Assembly (NCBI GenBank): GCA_024346625.1
Contig: AP024664.1
Span: 806,001-870,000 of the forward strand
Source: Williopsis jadinii
Taxonomy: Eukaryota
Length of the DNA: 64,000 nucleotides
Direction of reading: 5' to 3'
The notes beneath the pieces are model-generated. The model had not been told where the DNA came from. It saw only the letters and a list, made by a program, of their open reading frames with translations, and ran no database searches. The position numbers and the translations under genes were made by a program. Below, one piece after another: positions 1-9,257 of this stretch (position 1 is its first letter; every line of letters begins with the position of its first letter).

Positions 1-1254
1 ACCAAATGGTTTGGTGAAGTGATGCAAGAGGAATCCTCTGAGCCTGCTCCCCTATTCTTCATTTACATGATATGTGCCATTGGCTCTCAGATCTACAATA
101 CAAACACTGCAAAGCTGTACACAAGAATGTACTACAACAAGTCGCTGGAGAGCATAGGATACTTGCTGGAAACCACAACATTGGAAACGGTCCAGGTATA
201 CCTGATGCTTTCGGTGTTTTCTCAGAAGATGCCTGATGCATCCTCTATCTGGCAAACGACTGGGTTGGCCATAAGAACATCAGTAATTCTAGGCTTGCAC
301 AGGGAACCATATAGGAAGAATAAAGAGGATAAAAATCAGCTGAGATACTGGATTTTCTGGTCTGCTTATGGACTGGAGAGGATTAACGGATGTGTTCTTG
401 GTCGCCCTTTTTGCATATCTGATATCGATATTGATGTATCATTGCCAGAACCCCCTGAGCCAACAGTTGCAATGCATGTTATCAAGATTAGAAGAATTCA
501 GTCTCACATCTGCTCGTTCATATATCGACCAGTACGTCTAATCAACTCTGACCAAGATGTTGACACCACCAGACGGGACATTGTTCTAGAATTGAATGAA
601 TGGATGTCCACTTTCCCTCATAAACAGCATTCAAGTTCGATGTTCGAGACAGAGTATTGGCGTGAGATCACGTACCACAACTCCATGCTGTTACTTCTAA
701 GACCAGTTGTTTTAGAAGTAGCACAGATGAAGGGAAGAGTTAGTGATAACAAATTGGAATGGTTCAAAGCTTTCACGCACTCGGCTTCAAGTATCTGTCA
801 CAACTACAAGGGCCTCCACTCCAGAGGGAAACTCGTCTACACGTGGCTTGGTATGCACTGCGTGTTTGTCTCTGGACTGTCTTTCTTATACTGTGCGTGG
901 ATCGACGCTACAAACAGCTTGAAGCTACTTGATAACAATCCAGTGCTGTACGATACAATCAACGCAAGCTCCTCCATCTTGCACGTGTTAGCAGAGCGTT
1001 TCACCACTGCTGTTGTATTCAGGGATACGTTCGATCGAGTTGTACGCTGTGTGATGAGTCTCATTAATAAAAACAGTCCACAGGTGGCATCAACGAGCTC
1101 TACTGGTATTAAGGAGTATCTTGGGTATAAGCTAACCACACAACCAAACCCCGAACTCGAAATGCATGAGCTATGGGACTTTCTTGATACTACTGGTGAT
1201 AAGTTCCTGAAGGATATATTTAACGATATGGAGGGCGAACTCAAGTATATTTAG
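1..1254 (+). CDS. Fungal-specific transcription factor (Fungal_trans/middle homology region), Ppr1/UaY/Stb5-like; 5'-truncated by window edge
   Basis: Frame is open from base 1. MHR motifs 'WQTTGLAIRTSVILGLHR', 'IFWSAYGLERINGCVLGRPFCISDIDIDVSLP' and 'KIRRIQSHI'. A Zn2Cys6 domain is not visible and presumably lies upstream of the window. Confidence 0.88.
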   Translation, partial: TKWFGEVMQEESSEPAPLFFIYMICAIGSQIYNTNTAKLYTRMYYNKSLESIGYLLETTTLETVQVYLMLSVFSQKMPDASSIWQTTGLAIRTSVILGLHREPYRKNKEDKNQLRYWIFWSAYGLERINGCVLGRPFCISDIDIDVSLPEPPEPTVAMHVIKIRRIQSHICSFIYRPVRLINSDQDVDTTRRDIVLELNEWMSTFPHKQHSSSMFETEYWREITYHNSMLLLLRPVVLEVAQMKGRVSDNKLEWFKAFTHSASSICHNYKGLHSRGKLVYTWLGMHCVFVSGLSFLYCAWIDATNSLKLLDNNPVLYDTINASSSILHVLAERFTTAVVFRDTFDRVVRCVMSLINKNSPQVASTSSTGIKEYLGYKLTTQPNPELEMHELWDFLDTTGDKFLKDIFNDMEGELKYI

Positions 1255-1298
1255 TATATGTATAGTATTTTCAAGTACACAAGCTATACACTGATTCA

Positions 1299-2318
1299 TC
1301 ACTTAAAGATCCTCTCATTCGCAGGTCTCACGTCAGGAATATTAATGAGGCCTGCCTTCTCCTTCAAGCTATACTGCACAACTTTTAACAGCTCATACAA
1401 TAGACCCAGAACAGGTGTCTCAACATTCAACTCTTTCGCAACGGTGAGCAGATTCCCCAAGATGACCTCTAGCTCAATTGGGTTTCCCTTTTCAACATCA
1501 ACCAACATGCTGGGCTTGAACCAATCACCGTCATCGCTGTGAACGACGAGGTTGACAACGTCTTCTGGGAGATCGATACCATCAGCTTTTGCAACCTTGA
1601 GAACTTCCTTCATTGCAGGAATACTGATGGCCTCCAAACCTCCCGACAGGAGAAGTCTTCCGGTGTCTACCCTAGTCAGTGCTGCCACAGTGTTCAAGGT
1701 AGCGTTGTAAACCAGCTTTCTATAACGATACCACTTGGCACTCTCAAAGTAGATGATGTCGTTCTTCGGATGTGACAGCAACTCAACAAACTCCTTAGCT
1801 TGGGCGATCTGAGTATCAATAGGTACGCTGTCATTAGGGAAATACGAAATCAAGCACTTGTTCTTCTGGGTTTGAGTTATAACCCCATTGGTGTTGTGAG
1901 ATCCAATATGAGATACTCCACTAATACAGCAGTTCTCAGGGTACTTCTGGATCACTGGTCTACCAATATCAAATCCATTCTGTATGAGCACAACAGTCGT
2001 CTTTCCCTCTGTAACAACAGGCTCAATGAGATCCTCAGCCTTTGTAATATCTGGCAAGTTTTTGGTGGAGACAACGACAAAGTCGTAAGACTCCTTCCTG
2101 GCTTCTTCAACAGAAGCATAAATTCTGTCAGGTTTCCAGCCAGCAACATCACCATGAGCACAGCTGTGTATATTGTAACCTGATGCTGACACTGTCGAGT
2201 AATCACGACGCACAACTATGGAGACGGTGCACTTCTCCACCAGAGAGAGCTCATAGGCCACAATTGCTCCAACACCACCAGTGCCGATAACGAGGACGTT
2301 TGGCTTGGAGACTGTCAT
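1299..2318 (-). CDS. Ketopantoate reductase (PanE/ApbA) family NAD(P)H-dependent 2-oxoacid reductase
   Basis: 339 aa. Rossmann 'VIGTGGVG', 'YDFVVVSTK', 'VLIQNG', catalytic Lys motif 'RKLVYNATLN' and Glu motif 'SMLVDVEKGNPIELE'. Confidence 0.9.
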   Translation of the reverse strand: MTVSKPNVLVIGTGGVGAIVAYELSLVEKCTVSIVVRRDYSTVSASGYNIHSCAHGDVAGWKPDRIYASVEEARKESYDFVVVSTKNLPDITKAEDLIEPVVTEGKTTVVLIQNGFDIGRPVIQKYPENCCISGVSHIGSHNTNGVITQTQKNKCLISYFPNDSVPIDTQIAQAKEFVELLSHPKNDIIYFESAKWYRYRKLVYNATLNTVAALTRVDTGRLLLSGGLEAISIPAMKEVLKVAKADGIDLPEDVVNLVVHSDDGDWFKPSMLVDVEKGNPIELEVILGNLLTVAKELNVETPVLGLLYELLKVVQYSLKEKAGLINIPDVRPANERIFK

Positions 2319-2579
2319 TCTTTAGATTCAACTGATACTGTGATCTTTTTGCTGCGTGATCAGGCTCTCAAAAGACAAAGACTCGAACACTTTTCCGGGG
2401 CCATTGGGCCTGTTTTATAACATATCTGATCCTTAAACCACACTGCTCAAGTGTAAATCCCCAGTTTCGAGATAAAGTCCTCGGAGTTGTGTCTCGAAGA
2501 GGAAGGATATGTCCGTTCGCACGTCTCCAATGCACTTTTGAGATGAAAGCCGCAGGCAAATTGCGACTTGTCACTGGGA

Positions 2580-2591
2580 GGGAAGTTTCCA
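2580..2591. promoter_or_regulatory. Cluster motif copy 1, GGGAAGTTTCCA, upstream of the PanE-like gene
   Basis: Core GGAAGTTTCC at 2581-2590 is identical to the copies at 4688 and 7116. Confidence 0.6.
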
Positions 2592-3128
2592 CCTGCAGCC
2601 GTTATCTGATTTCTCCAGCATCCTTGAAGTAGTGGAAAGAGCTCTCTTATCGGTCAGTGATTAGCAATTGTGGGCTTCTGGTGGTTCATTTCACCGTATT
2701 GGTCGGGTTTGAAGTCTGGTTTCCAGATAATAATGATAGGACACCAGCTTAACATAATAGCCTCATGTAGACGACTGAAGCCATACGCAAGACCTGGTCG
2801 ATCAAAACAGCCGATTCGTGTCTCATTGAAACCACGTGAACCCTCTAAATGTATTGGCTTCCACTCACTGGAGTTTCTACAACGAAAAGTAACAACTCCA
2901 CATAAGCATATATTCTGTTCTAAGGGCATATATCACGGCATAACAAGTTATACAGCTTTACTGGTGATCAACAGTACAACGAGTACCTCATACCTCCCTA
3001 CAAGCCATTGCCTTTCAAAGCAGTCTCTCTGTTACCATCTGTGGCTGGCTCAAGCAGTGCTCAAACTCCTTTGAGTCCTTACAAAGTATATGAGGGCACA
3101 ACATGTCAAGTTTATAACAGTTGCCAAT

Positions 3129-4496
3129 TCACAACTTCCAGTCTCTAGGAGAGGCCATTTTCATGTTCTGTAGTGCTCTTGGGTCATCCAATCCAAGATT
3201 GATCTCATTAAGTTGCTCTCTTTCCCGGGACCAGCTGAAAAGATCCGTAAGAAACGGATCTGCCTTTCTTTCGATGAGGCCTTTTATAACATCACCAAGA
3301 GAGCCAAACATCATGAAGGCATGTCCTGAGTCACCACATCCAACAAAGAGTGTACCACTGAACCCAGGACAGTAGTCGATCAGGAAATCATTATCAGTAG
3401 TATCAGAGTACCAGGCCATGCGTGTTTTGGTGATAGACTCTATATCTGGGAAAAACTTCTTCAGCAGGTGTTTGATTCTTAACAGGCCAAACAGAGGAAT
3501 ATTGGACTCGGGACTCTTTGTAAACTGTGTCTTTGTAACAGAGTTTATACCATCTTGAGGATTGACCCACTTCATACCACGGTACCCGACTTTCATGTAG
3601 CCATCACTGTTCACTGGGAAGCCATACAAACCACCCATGAAACCATCACGAACTTTATATGTCCAAGCAGGGAAAGACTTCTGATTGTACTTTTCCAGAA
3701 GTACTGGGTCATTGATCTTACAAAGAACAACGGTACCACCAGTGGCTTCAACCTTAGCACCAGCTTGTGGAACCAGCTCAACAGTCCAGGCACCGCAAAA
3801 CACTGCAACCAAATCAGCGGAGTGAATTTCTCCGTTAGAGATGATTCCCTTGCACTTTCCTTCGCTCATAACAAGCTTCTCAACAGGCTCACCTAGATGG
3901 CAGTGGAGCTTTCCCTTACCGATATCAAGACACAATTTAAGGACGTAACGACACATCTTTTCCGCAATTATCGTTCCTCCAGTTGTATCAAGAACACCTT
4001 GCAGATTGTACTTTTCATTCATTCCAAATGGATCAATACTTCTTGGGCTTAAGCCAAACATACTGGCTTTCTCCATGGCCTTTGGGTCACGCACATCAAT
4101 GGCCTTGTCTCCCATATTGGCCAGTGTGAGCTTCTCAAACTCAGGAAGCTCAGCCAGATCGGTCAGATGAACGTTACCACTGTTGATATAAACTGGATCG
4201 CCGTCTTCCCATCTTGTAGCAGCTATATCTTCATTCCATTTGACGAAAACATCACGACTCTTCATGGACATCTCTTGGTACCATGTCTTTTCACCGTAAG
4301 ATGCTCTGAAGATCTTGTTCATGTCAGAAGACGCAGAGTCACAACCTTTGAAGAAGGAATACTCCTGCGTAAGGTAGTTGTTCTTGTCAAACAGATGGAT
4401 GTTGGTGTATCCATCTTTCAAAAGAGATAACGTTGTTGAGAGACCGTAGACACCGGCACCGATGATGATAATCTTGTCAGACTTCTGTGGGGGCAT
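3129..4496 (-). CDS. FAD-dependent oxidase of the sarcosine oxidase / fructosyl-amino acid oxidase / pipecolate oxidase family
   Basis: 'IIIIGAGVYGLST' dinucleotide fold, 'SASSDMNKIFRASYG', 'GLYGFP', 'WYSDTTDNDFLIDY', 'GDSGHAF'. Start placed at ATG 4496 (MPPQKS); an alternative in-frame ATG lies at 4559. Confidence 0.88.
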   Translation of the reverse strand: MPPQKSDKIIIIGAGVYGLSTTLSLLKDGYTNIHLFDKNNYLTQEYSFFKGCDSASSDMNKIFRASYGEKTWYQEMSMKSRDVFVKWNEDIAATRWEDGDPVYINSGNVHLTDLAELPEFEKLTLANMGDKAIDVRDPKAMEKASMFGLSPRSIDPFGMNEKYNLQGVLDTTGGTIIAEKMCRYVLKLCLDIGKGKLHCHLGEPVEKLVMSEGKCKGIISNGEIHSADLVAVFCGAWTVELVPQAGAKVEATGGTVVLCKINDPVLLEKYNQKSFPAWTYKVRDGFMGGLYGFPVNSDGYMKVGYRGMKWVNPQDGINSVTKTQFTKSPESNIPLFGLLRIKHLLKKFFPDIESITKTRMAWYSDTTDNDFLIDYCPGFSGTLFVGCGDSGHAFMMFGSLGDVIKGLIERKADPFLTDLFSWSREREQLNEINLGLDDPRALQNMKMASPRDWKL

Positions 4497-4686
4497 AGCA
4501 GACAGCTCTTTACTGGTTAAGATAAGTGGAAGCGTGGTGGTCTTGGACCTACAGTTCATGAAACAACTAGAGGCACAGGGTCTTATAAACGAAAACTACA
4601 TCTTTGAAGATCAGAAATCATCAGATCCTTATCAATGCACCACAACTTCCCAGTCTTCTTCCTGTGACACCACTGATTGACGGCCA

Positions 4687-4698
4687 GGGAAGTTTCCC
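4687..4698. promoter_or_regulatory. Cluster motif copy 2, GGGAAGTTTCCC, upstream of the oxidase
   Basis: Core GGAAGTTTCC at 4688-4697, flanked by GATA sites at 4628 and 4727. Confidence 0.6.
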
Positions 4699-5314
4699 CT
4701 CCGTGTAGCCTGGAAGGAAAATGTATGATAAGGCATGTTGGAAGCAAAGTAAAAATGCCAGCAGTGAGTTTTCGTTGGGCTGGTGGGATGGTGCGCCAGC
4801 TGAGCCCCGCCTCCACCGACAGCGCCGTGCTTTACTACTCATCGCAGAGCTTGGTGCTATCTTCACGCTGTTGGAGTGTCTCGTATGCTCTTTTGGTGCT
4901 TATCATTTATGGGCAAGGTAGAAAAGTCCAGTGGAGAATTACCGGGTGCTACTTTAGTGGTAGTGAGCATCAACAGCTAAATGCTTTGAAACGCAGTGGC
5001 ACAAGTTTTGTCGAACTGCTACAGTTTTATAATGGCTAAGTAAAGATATTTGTTACCTAGAGAAGTAGCAGGTCAGCCCTGTGAATGGCAGTATAACAAC
5101 CACCTTATCGCTGCATAACTTGGAGACTGATCAGCTAATTGCTGTTGTGGGCCAGTGGCTAAGAACTAGACATATAACTACCCTGAATGATGAAACTTTA
5201 AGCTCAATATGGAGGATATGATTGATAGGACGTCAATTGACAATATATGAATATATAATATGGATAGTTAGATTTACCATCACATCTGATCTACTCTATG
5301 TGCTGGATGTTACA

Positions 5315-6814
5315 TCAATAGGAACCAACGTATGTTTTTTTAGTCCTAATGACAGCACCGTACTTGTACAATACAAATGGGATAGGAATCATACCTAAGG
5401 CAACAAACCCCAGTATGGACCCTCCCCACTGAACACCTACATTAACAAACAGCTGCTTAGCAAACAGCGGGAATGCTGCTGCAAATATTGATCTCAGAAA
5501 CGTGTTCGAAGCAATGGCACTCGCAGAGTACTTGGTGTAGGTATCCACTAAGTAGTTCAAACAGCCTTGAAAGATTGTTATGAAGCCCAAGCCAATCAAA
5601 TAGATTCCGATACACGGAACTATCCAGTGGATACTCTTGCTTGCTGTCCAGGAACACAACAAGATCCCGGCTGGCATGAGCCATCCGACCCCCATCAACA
5701 ACGGAAATCTTTCCTCTGGAATAACAATACCACCGTTATCTCTAACCTTCCTGGCGTACACCTTAGCGTACATCATGTTGATAATGCATCCACTGAAAGT
5801 GCCACAGAACAGTGCCATGTTTGGAAGGACACCAGTGGTCTTAGTCCATCCTCTAGCCAGGTAGAATACCTCAGGCAAGGTCGTAATGAACAGATAGAAA
5901 AGCCCAAAGACGTATGATGAAAAGAGAACAACAACAAATACAATTGGATTGACTAGCATTTCAAATGGCCTCACAAGATGACTACGCACAAGTTGTTTGA
6001 ACTCGAGTCTCCACGTATCATGTAGACAGTGAATGCTGTAACGTGCACTTTCCAGCCTCAACTGTCTTGCCATCTTCTTCAGAACAATCGGAGGATATGT
6101 CTCCTGGAGAAGAATCTGACATATGGCAAAGAGTGTCAAATTGAGCAGACCGCTGAAATACTCTGGAATTCTCCATGCTCCCATGTCAGACTCTGGTCTG
6201 CTATACATGAGAAGAGAGGCCACAACAGGTCCACAGGAAGGACCGAGAGAGACAAACATTGCGTATAACGCAAAGTATTTCCCTCGAATGCTTGGATCTG
6301 GGTAAATATCGGCAAGTACACCTCCTGCGGATACAATTGGTGCTCCACTGAAGAACCCTGATAGAAGCCTATACACCAGTAAGGAGGGGACGTTGTACGC
6401 CGTAGCACAGGCAAAGGCGAAGACAGAACTGAGCAAGAATGGGGCCAAAACTCCGATTTTACGTCCATAGACCTCGCTTATTGGGGCAAATATCATTGGG
6501 CCGAACGCAATACCAAGAATATAGAGTGACGATGACAGCACGGCAACTTCATGAGACGTACCATAGACTTGGTTCAACAGCTCTTGGAACCTCTTAGGAG
6601 ACAATGACGTGGAGTTGAACTGGGCGCAAAAGGTTACGAGGCCATACAGACAAGTGTGTAGCAGTTTCCTCTTGTCTGGCCAGTTTCCTGGCTTGAGTTC
6701 AGACTCATCGTCGAAGTCAATCAAACCATCCTCCCCGAGAACAAAGTGCTTGAGCTCATAGCAGGTAACTGATGTTTCAGTGACCTCTGAAGGGCTCTTT
6801 GATGATAACCCCAT
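5315..6814 (-). CDS. MFS drug:H+ antiporter, DHA1 family (TPO/FLR1-like)
   Basis: 499 aa with ~12 hydrophobic segments. DHA1 motifs 'PGNWP', 'GPMIFAPISEVYGRK', 'LQETYPP', 'PEERF' and 'YSASAIASNTFLRS'. Confidence 0.92.
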   Translation of the reverse strand: MGLSSKSPSEVTETSVTCYELKHFVLGEDGLIDFDDESELKPGNWPDKRKLLHTCLYGLVTFCAQFNSTSLSPKRFQELLNQVYGTSHEVAVLSSSLYILGIAFGPMIFAPISEVYGRKIGVLAPFLLSSVFAFACATAYNVPSLLVYRLLSGFFSGAPIVSAGGVLADIYPDPSIRGKYFALYAMFVSLGPSCGPVVASLLMYSRPESDMGAWRIPEYFSGLLNLTLFAICQILLQETYPPIVLKKMARQLRLESARYSIHCLHDTWRLEFKQLVRSHLVRPFEMLVNPIVFVVVLFSSYVFGLFYLFITTLPEVFYLARGWTKTTGVLPNMALFCGTFSGCIINMMYAKVYARKVRDNGGIVIPEERFPLLMGVGWLMPAGILLCSWTASKSIHWIVPCIGIYLIGLGFITIFQGCLNYLVDTYTKYSASAIASNTFLRSIFAAAFPLFAKQLFVNVGVQWGGSILGFVALGMIPIPFVLYKYGAVIRTKKTYVGSY

Positions 6815-7074
6815 AAGATGAATTGATCGAGCGTGAACTAATAGGCGTATTGCTCTTCTGCCTTTGATCCTCAGTGTCTACTCTTGCTTCGAAGAGTCAG
6901 TGACTTGCAATTTATTGAGAGTAGTGCATTGTACAAAGCACAAGGAAAGCCAACAAAAAAATCCATTCATTTCACATGGCTTCGTCCATACTGGGAATAC
7001 AACCTCCATATCTTGAAATCTCTATCCCCTTATCCTTATCATTCATTGCTTCGAAAACTCAAGCCAATCCTCCC

Positions 7075-7126
7075 CGAGAACTTCCCTCATCGTCAGTCAG
7101 CCCTGTCCCGCCATCGGAAGTTTCCC
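7075..7126. promoter_or_regulatory. Cluster motif copies 3 and 4 in the divergent DHA1/DAL5-like promoter
   Basis: CGGAAGTTTCCC at 7115-7126, and an inverted variant GGGAAGTTCTCG on the minus strand at 7075-7086. Confidence 0.6.
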
Positions 7127-7205
7127 ATTACCGCTTTCGGAGAAACTGTTATTAACTTGCAGATCATTGCAGCATCGGGGCCTGCCTCAAGGACACGAGG
7201 ACTTT

Positions 7206-7219
7206 GATAAGATCTTATC
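7206..7219. promoter_or_regulatory. Palindromic double GATA site GATAAGATCTTATC (Gln3/Gat1-type NCR element)
   Basis: Two inverted GATAAG sites ~60 bp upstream of TATAAATA (7280-7287). Further tandem CTTATC at 7029 and 7035. Confidence 0.65.
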
Positions 7220-7346
7220 GAGCCTCTGTAGATCAGATTGAACAGTCGGTGTACCTGAAACATTTTGTAGAGCGAAATGTATAAATACAAAGGAAGATGC
7301 TGGTGACTTCATCAGCTTTCGAGTAAGGACTAGTCATCATCAACAG

Positions 7347-8942
7347 ATGAAGAACGAAAAAAACGATATTATTGTGACGAACCACTCTGTGGAGGACGAT
7401 GACCATGAGCTGGGCCATGGTATGGATGCGGTGATTTCGACGGTGATGTCTCCCAGAGGAGAGCTGATTGAAGTAAAGCTGGGTGATGTTGATGAGGCCA
7501 TGGACTACGTCCACGATCTCGAGGAACTTACGGAGTGGGATGATGCGTACGAGCGGAAACTACTCTGGAAGATTGATCTATTCATTCTGCCAATTTTAGT
7601 GGCATTAATGTCCTGTCAATTGATGGACAAGACCACCAACTCGTATGCTTCCATCATGGGGCTCAAGACTGACTTGAACATGTCTGGAACAGAATACTCG
7701 TGGGTCGGATCTTCATTCTATTTCGGGTACTTGATCTTTGAATATCCGGCAAATTATTTGATCCAAAAGTTCCCTCTTTCCAAAACTCTTTCGACAGCAG
7801 TGATTATTTGGGGAATTATACTAATGTGCCATGCTGCCTGCTCCAATAGTGCCGGCTTCATAGTATGCAGGGTCTTTCTTGGTGTTTTTGAAGGCTTTAT
7901 GAACCCTTCCTACATCAAGATGACTTCTCAGTGGTGGAAAACAAACGAACAGTTCATGAGAACATCTGTCTGGTTTGGATTCCAAGGTTTTGGTACCTTG
8001 CTGGGTGCCGGTATTGCCTATGGCCTTGCCAAAAACCGTACTGGTGATTACGCTTTGGCATCTTGGAGACTCCTATACATCATAACAGGCGTCATTACTA
8101 TCGTTTTGGGCATCATCTCCCTGATCCACGTACCAGATATTCCAACAAAGGCATGGTTCCTGAATAGCAAGGATAAGAAGTACGTTGTTGGCCGTGTTAA
8201 GCAAAACCAACAAGGATTTGGATCCCATAAATGGAAACCTGCACAACTCAAAGAGGCTCTCTTCCAGGATGTAACCATCTGGTTGTTTTTCTTTTATGGT
8301 ATGTCCTACGCAATTCCTAATGGTGGGTTTACCAACTTTGGATCAATCTTACTTAACCAGGACTTTGGGTTTTCAACAACACAATCTCTCTTGATGAACA
8401 TGCCAGGTGGTGCAATTGACATTATCGCTCCTCCTCTCTTTGCGTTGTTCAACAACTACTTCATGAAAGGTCGCCGTCTTATCACGTGCATGCTCGTTTA
8501 TTTAATATGTATTGCTGGTATGTGTCTGCTAAACTTTGCTGGTGATAAGAGAGCTCGTCTCGTTGGATATTATACCTTCTATATTGCTACAGTTGTCATT
8601 GGTGGCATCTGTTCCCTGATTTCTTCTAATGTTGCTGGCTCAACAAAGAAGAACATCGCAAACACTGTGTTCCTTATTGGCTACTGTGTTGGTAACATTG
8701 TGGGCCCCCAAACTTTCAAGTCTAATCAAGCTCCTGACTATGTCGGTGCAAAGACTGCTATGCTTGTCTCCTTCTGTGCAGGCTGGTGTATTCTGTGTGC
8801 TTTGTTCTTGATCTATTCAAGACGTAACAGGATCAAAGAGGAGCAGGTCAGAGATCTTGGTGAAAAGCTGGAGCATCATGCTAACATTGAGTTTGCAGAT
8901 CTCACCGATTTTGAGAACCCGTACTTCAGATATTCGTTATAA
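7347..8942 (+). CDS. MFS anion:cation symporter, allantoate permease (DAL5) family
   Basis: 531 aa. 'KLLWKIDLFILP', 'DKTTNSYASIMG', 'YSWVGSSFYFGYL', 'PDIPTKAWFL', 'NVAGSTKK', and C-terminal 'FADLTDFENPYFRYSL'. Confidence 0.92.
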   Translation: MKNEKNDIIVTNHSVEDDDHELGHGMDAVISTVMSPRGELIEVKLGDVDEAMDYVHDLEELTEWDDAYERKLLWKIDLFILPILVALMSCQLMDKTTNSYASIMGLKTDLNMSGTEYSWVGSSFYFGYLIFEYPANYLIQKFPLSKTLSTAVIIWGIILMCHAACSNSAGFIVCRVFLGVFEGFMNPSYIKMTSQWWKTNEQFMRTSVWFGFQGFGTLLGAGIAYGLAKNRTGDYALASWRLLYIITGVITIVLGIISLIHVPDIPTKAWFLNSKDKKYVVGRVKQNQQGFGSHKWKPAQLKEALFQDVTIWLFFFYGMSYAIPNGGFTNFGSILLNQDFGFSTTQSLLMNMPGGAIDIIAPPLFALFNNYFMKGRRLITCMLVYLICIAGMCLLNFAGDKRARLVGYYTFYIATVVIGGICSLISSNVAGSTKKNIANTVFLIGYCVGNIVGPQTFKSNQAPDYVGAKTAMLVSFCAGWCILCALFLIYSRRNRIKEEQVRDLGEKLEHHANIEFADLTDFENPYFRYSL

Positions 8943-9257
8943 TATCAATGTTTTTTTACTACTTTGAATATACATCTTTTTCTGATATATACTATGTTAT
9001 TTATGATTGAAACGATATGATGATTGCTGCCAACATTCTTTTTCAATCAGCGTATCATCGCTAGTTCAGGGAGAATTCTCAAAAGTTTCAAGACATGGCC
9101 CTCTCTTGTGTCAGATACATTCCTTGTGAAGCCCTTTGAAGATTGAAACTACCAACATCTTGAAGCACTGGCTCACTAGTTTGAACACCAAGATTAACTA
9201 CAATTAATCTATAAATAAACCAAATTTGTATCATTAATAATCACACATTCCCCAACA

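Noticed and set aside
1299..2318. Calling the PanE-family gene PAN5 (pantothenate biosynthesis)
   Set aside because: Fungi carry several PanE/ApbA paralogues; orthology cannot be established by eye and the cluster context suggests another role.
5187..5289. ATGATGA...CTGA spacing resembling a C/D-box snoRNA
   Set aside because: No terminal stem or recognisable rRNA guide; lies in AT-rich terminator DNA.
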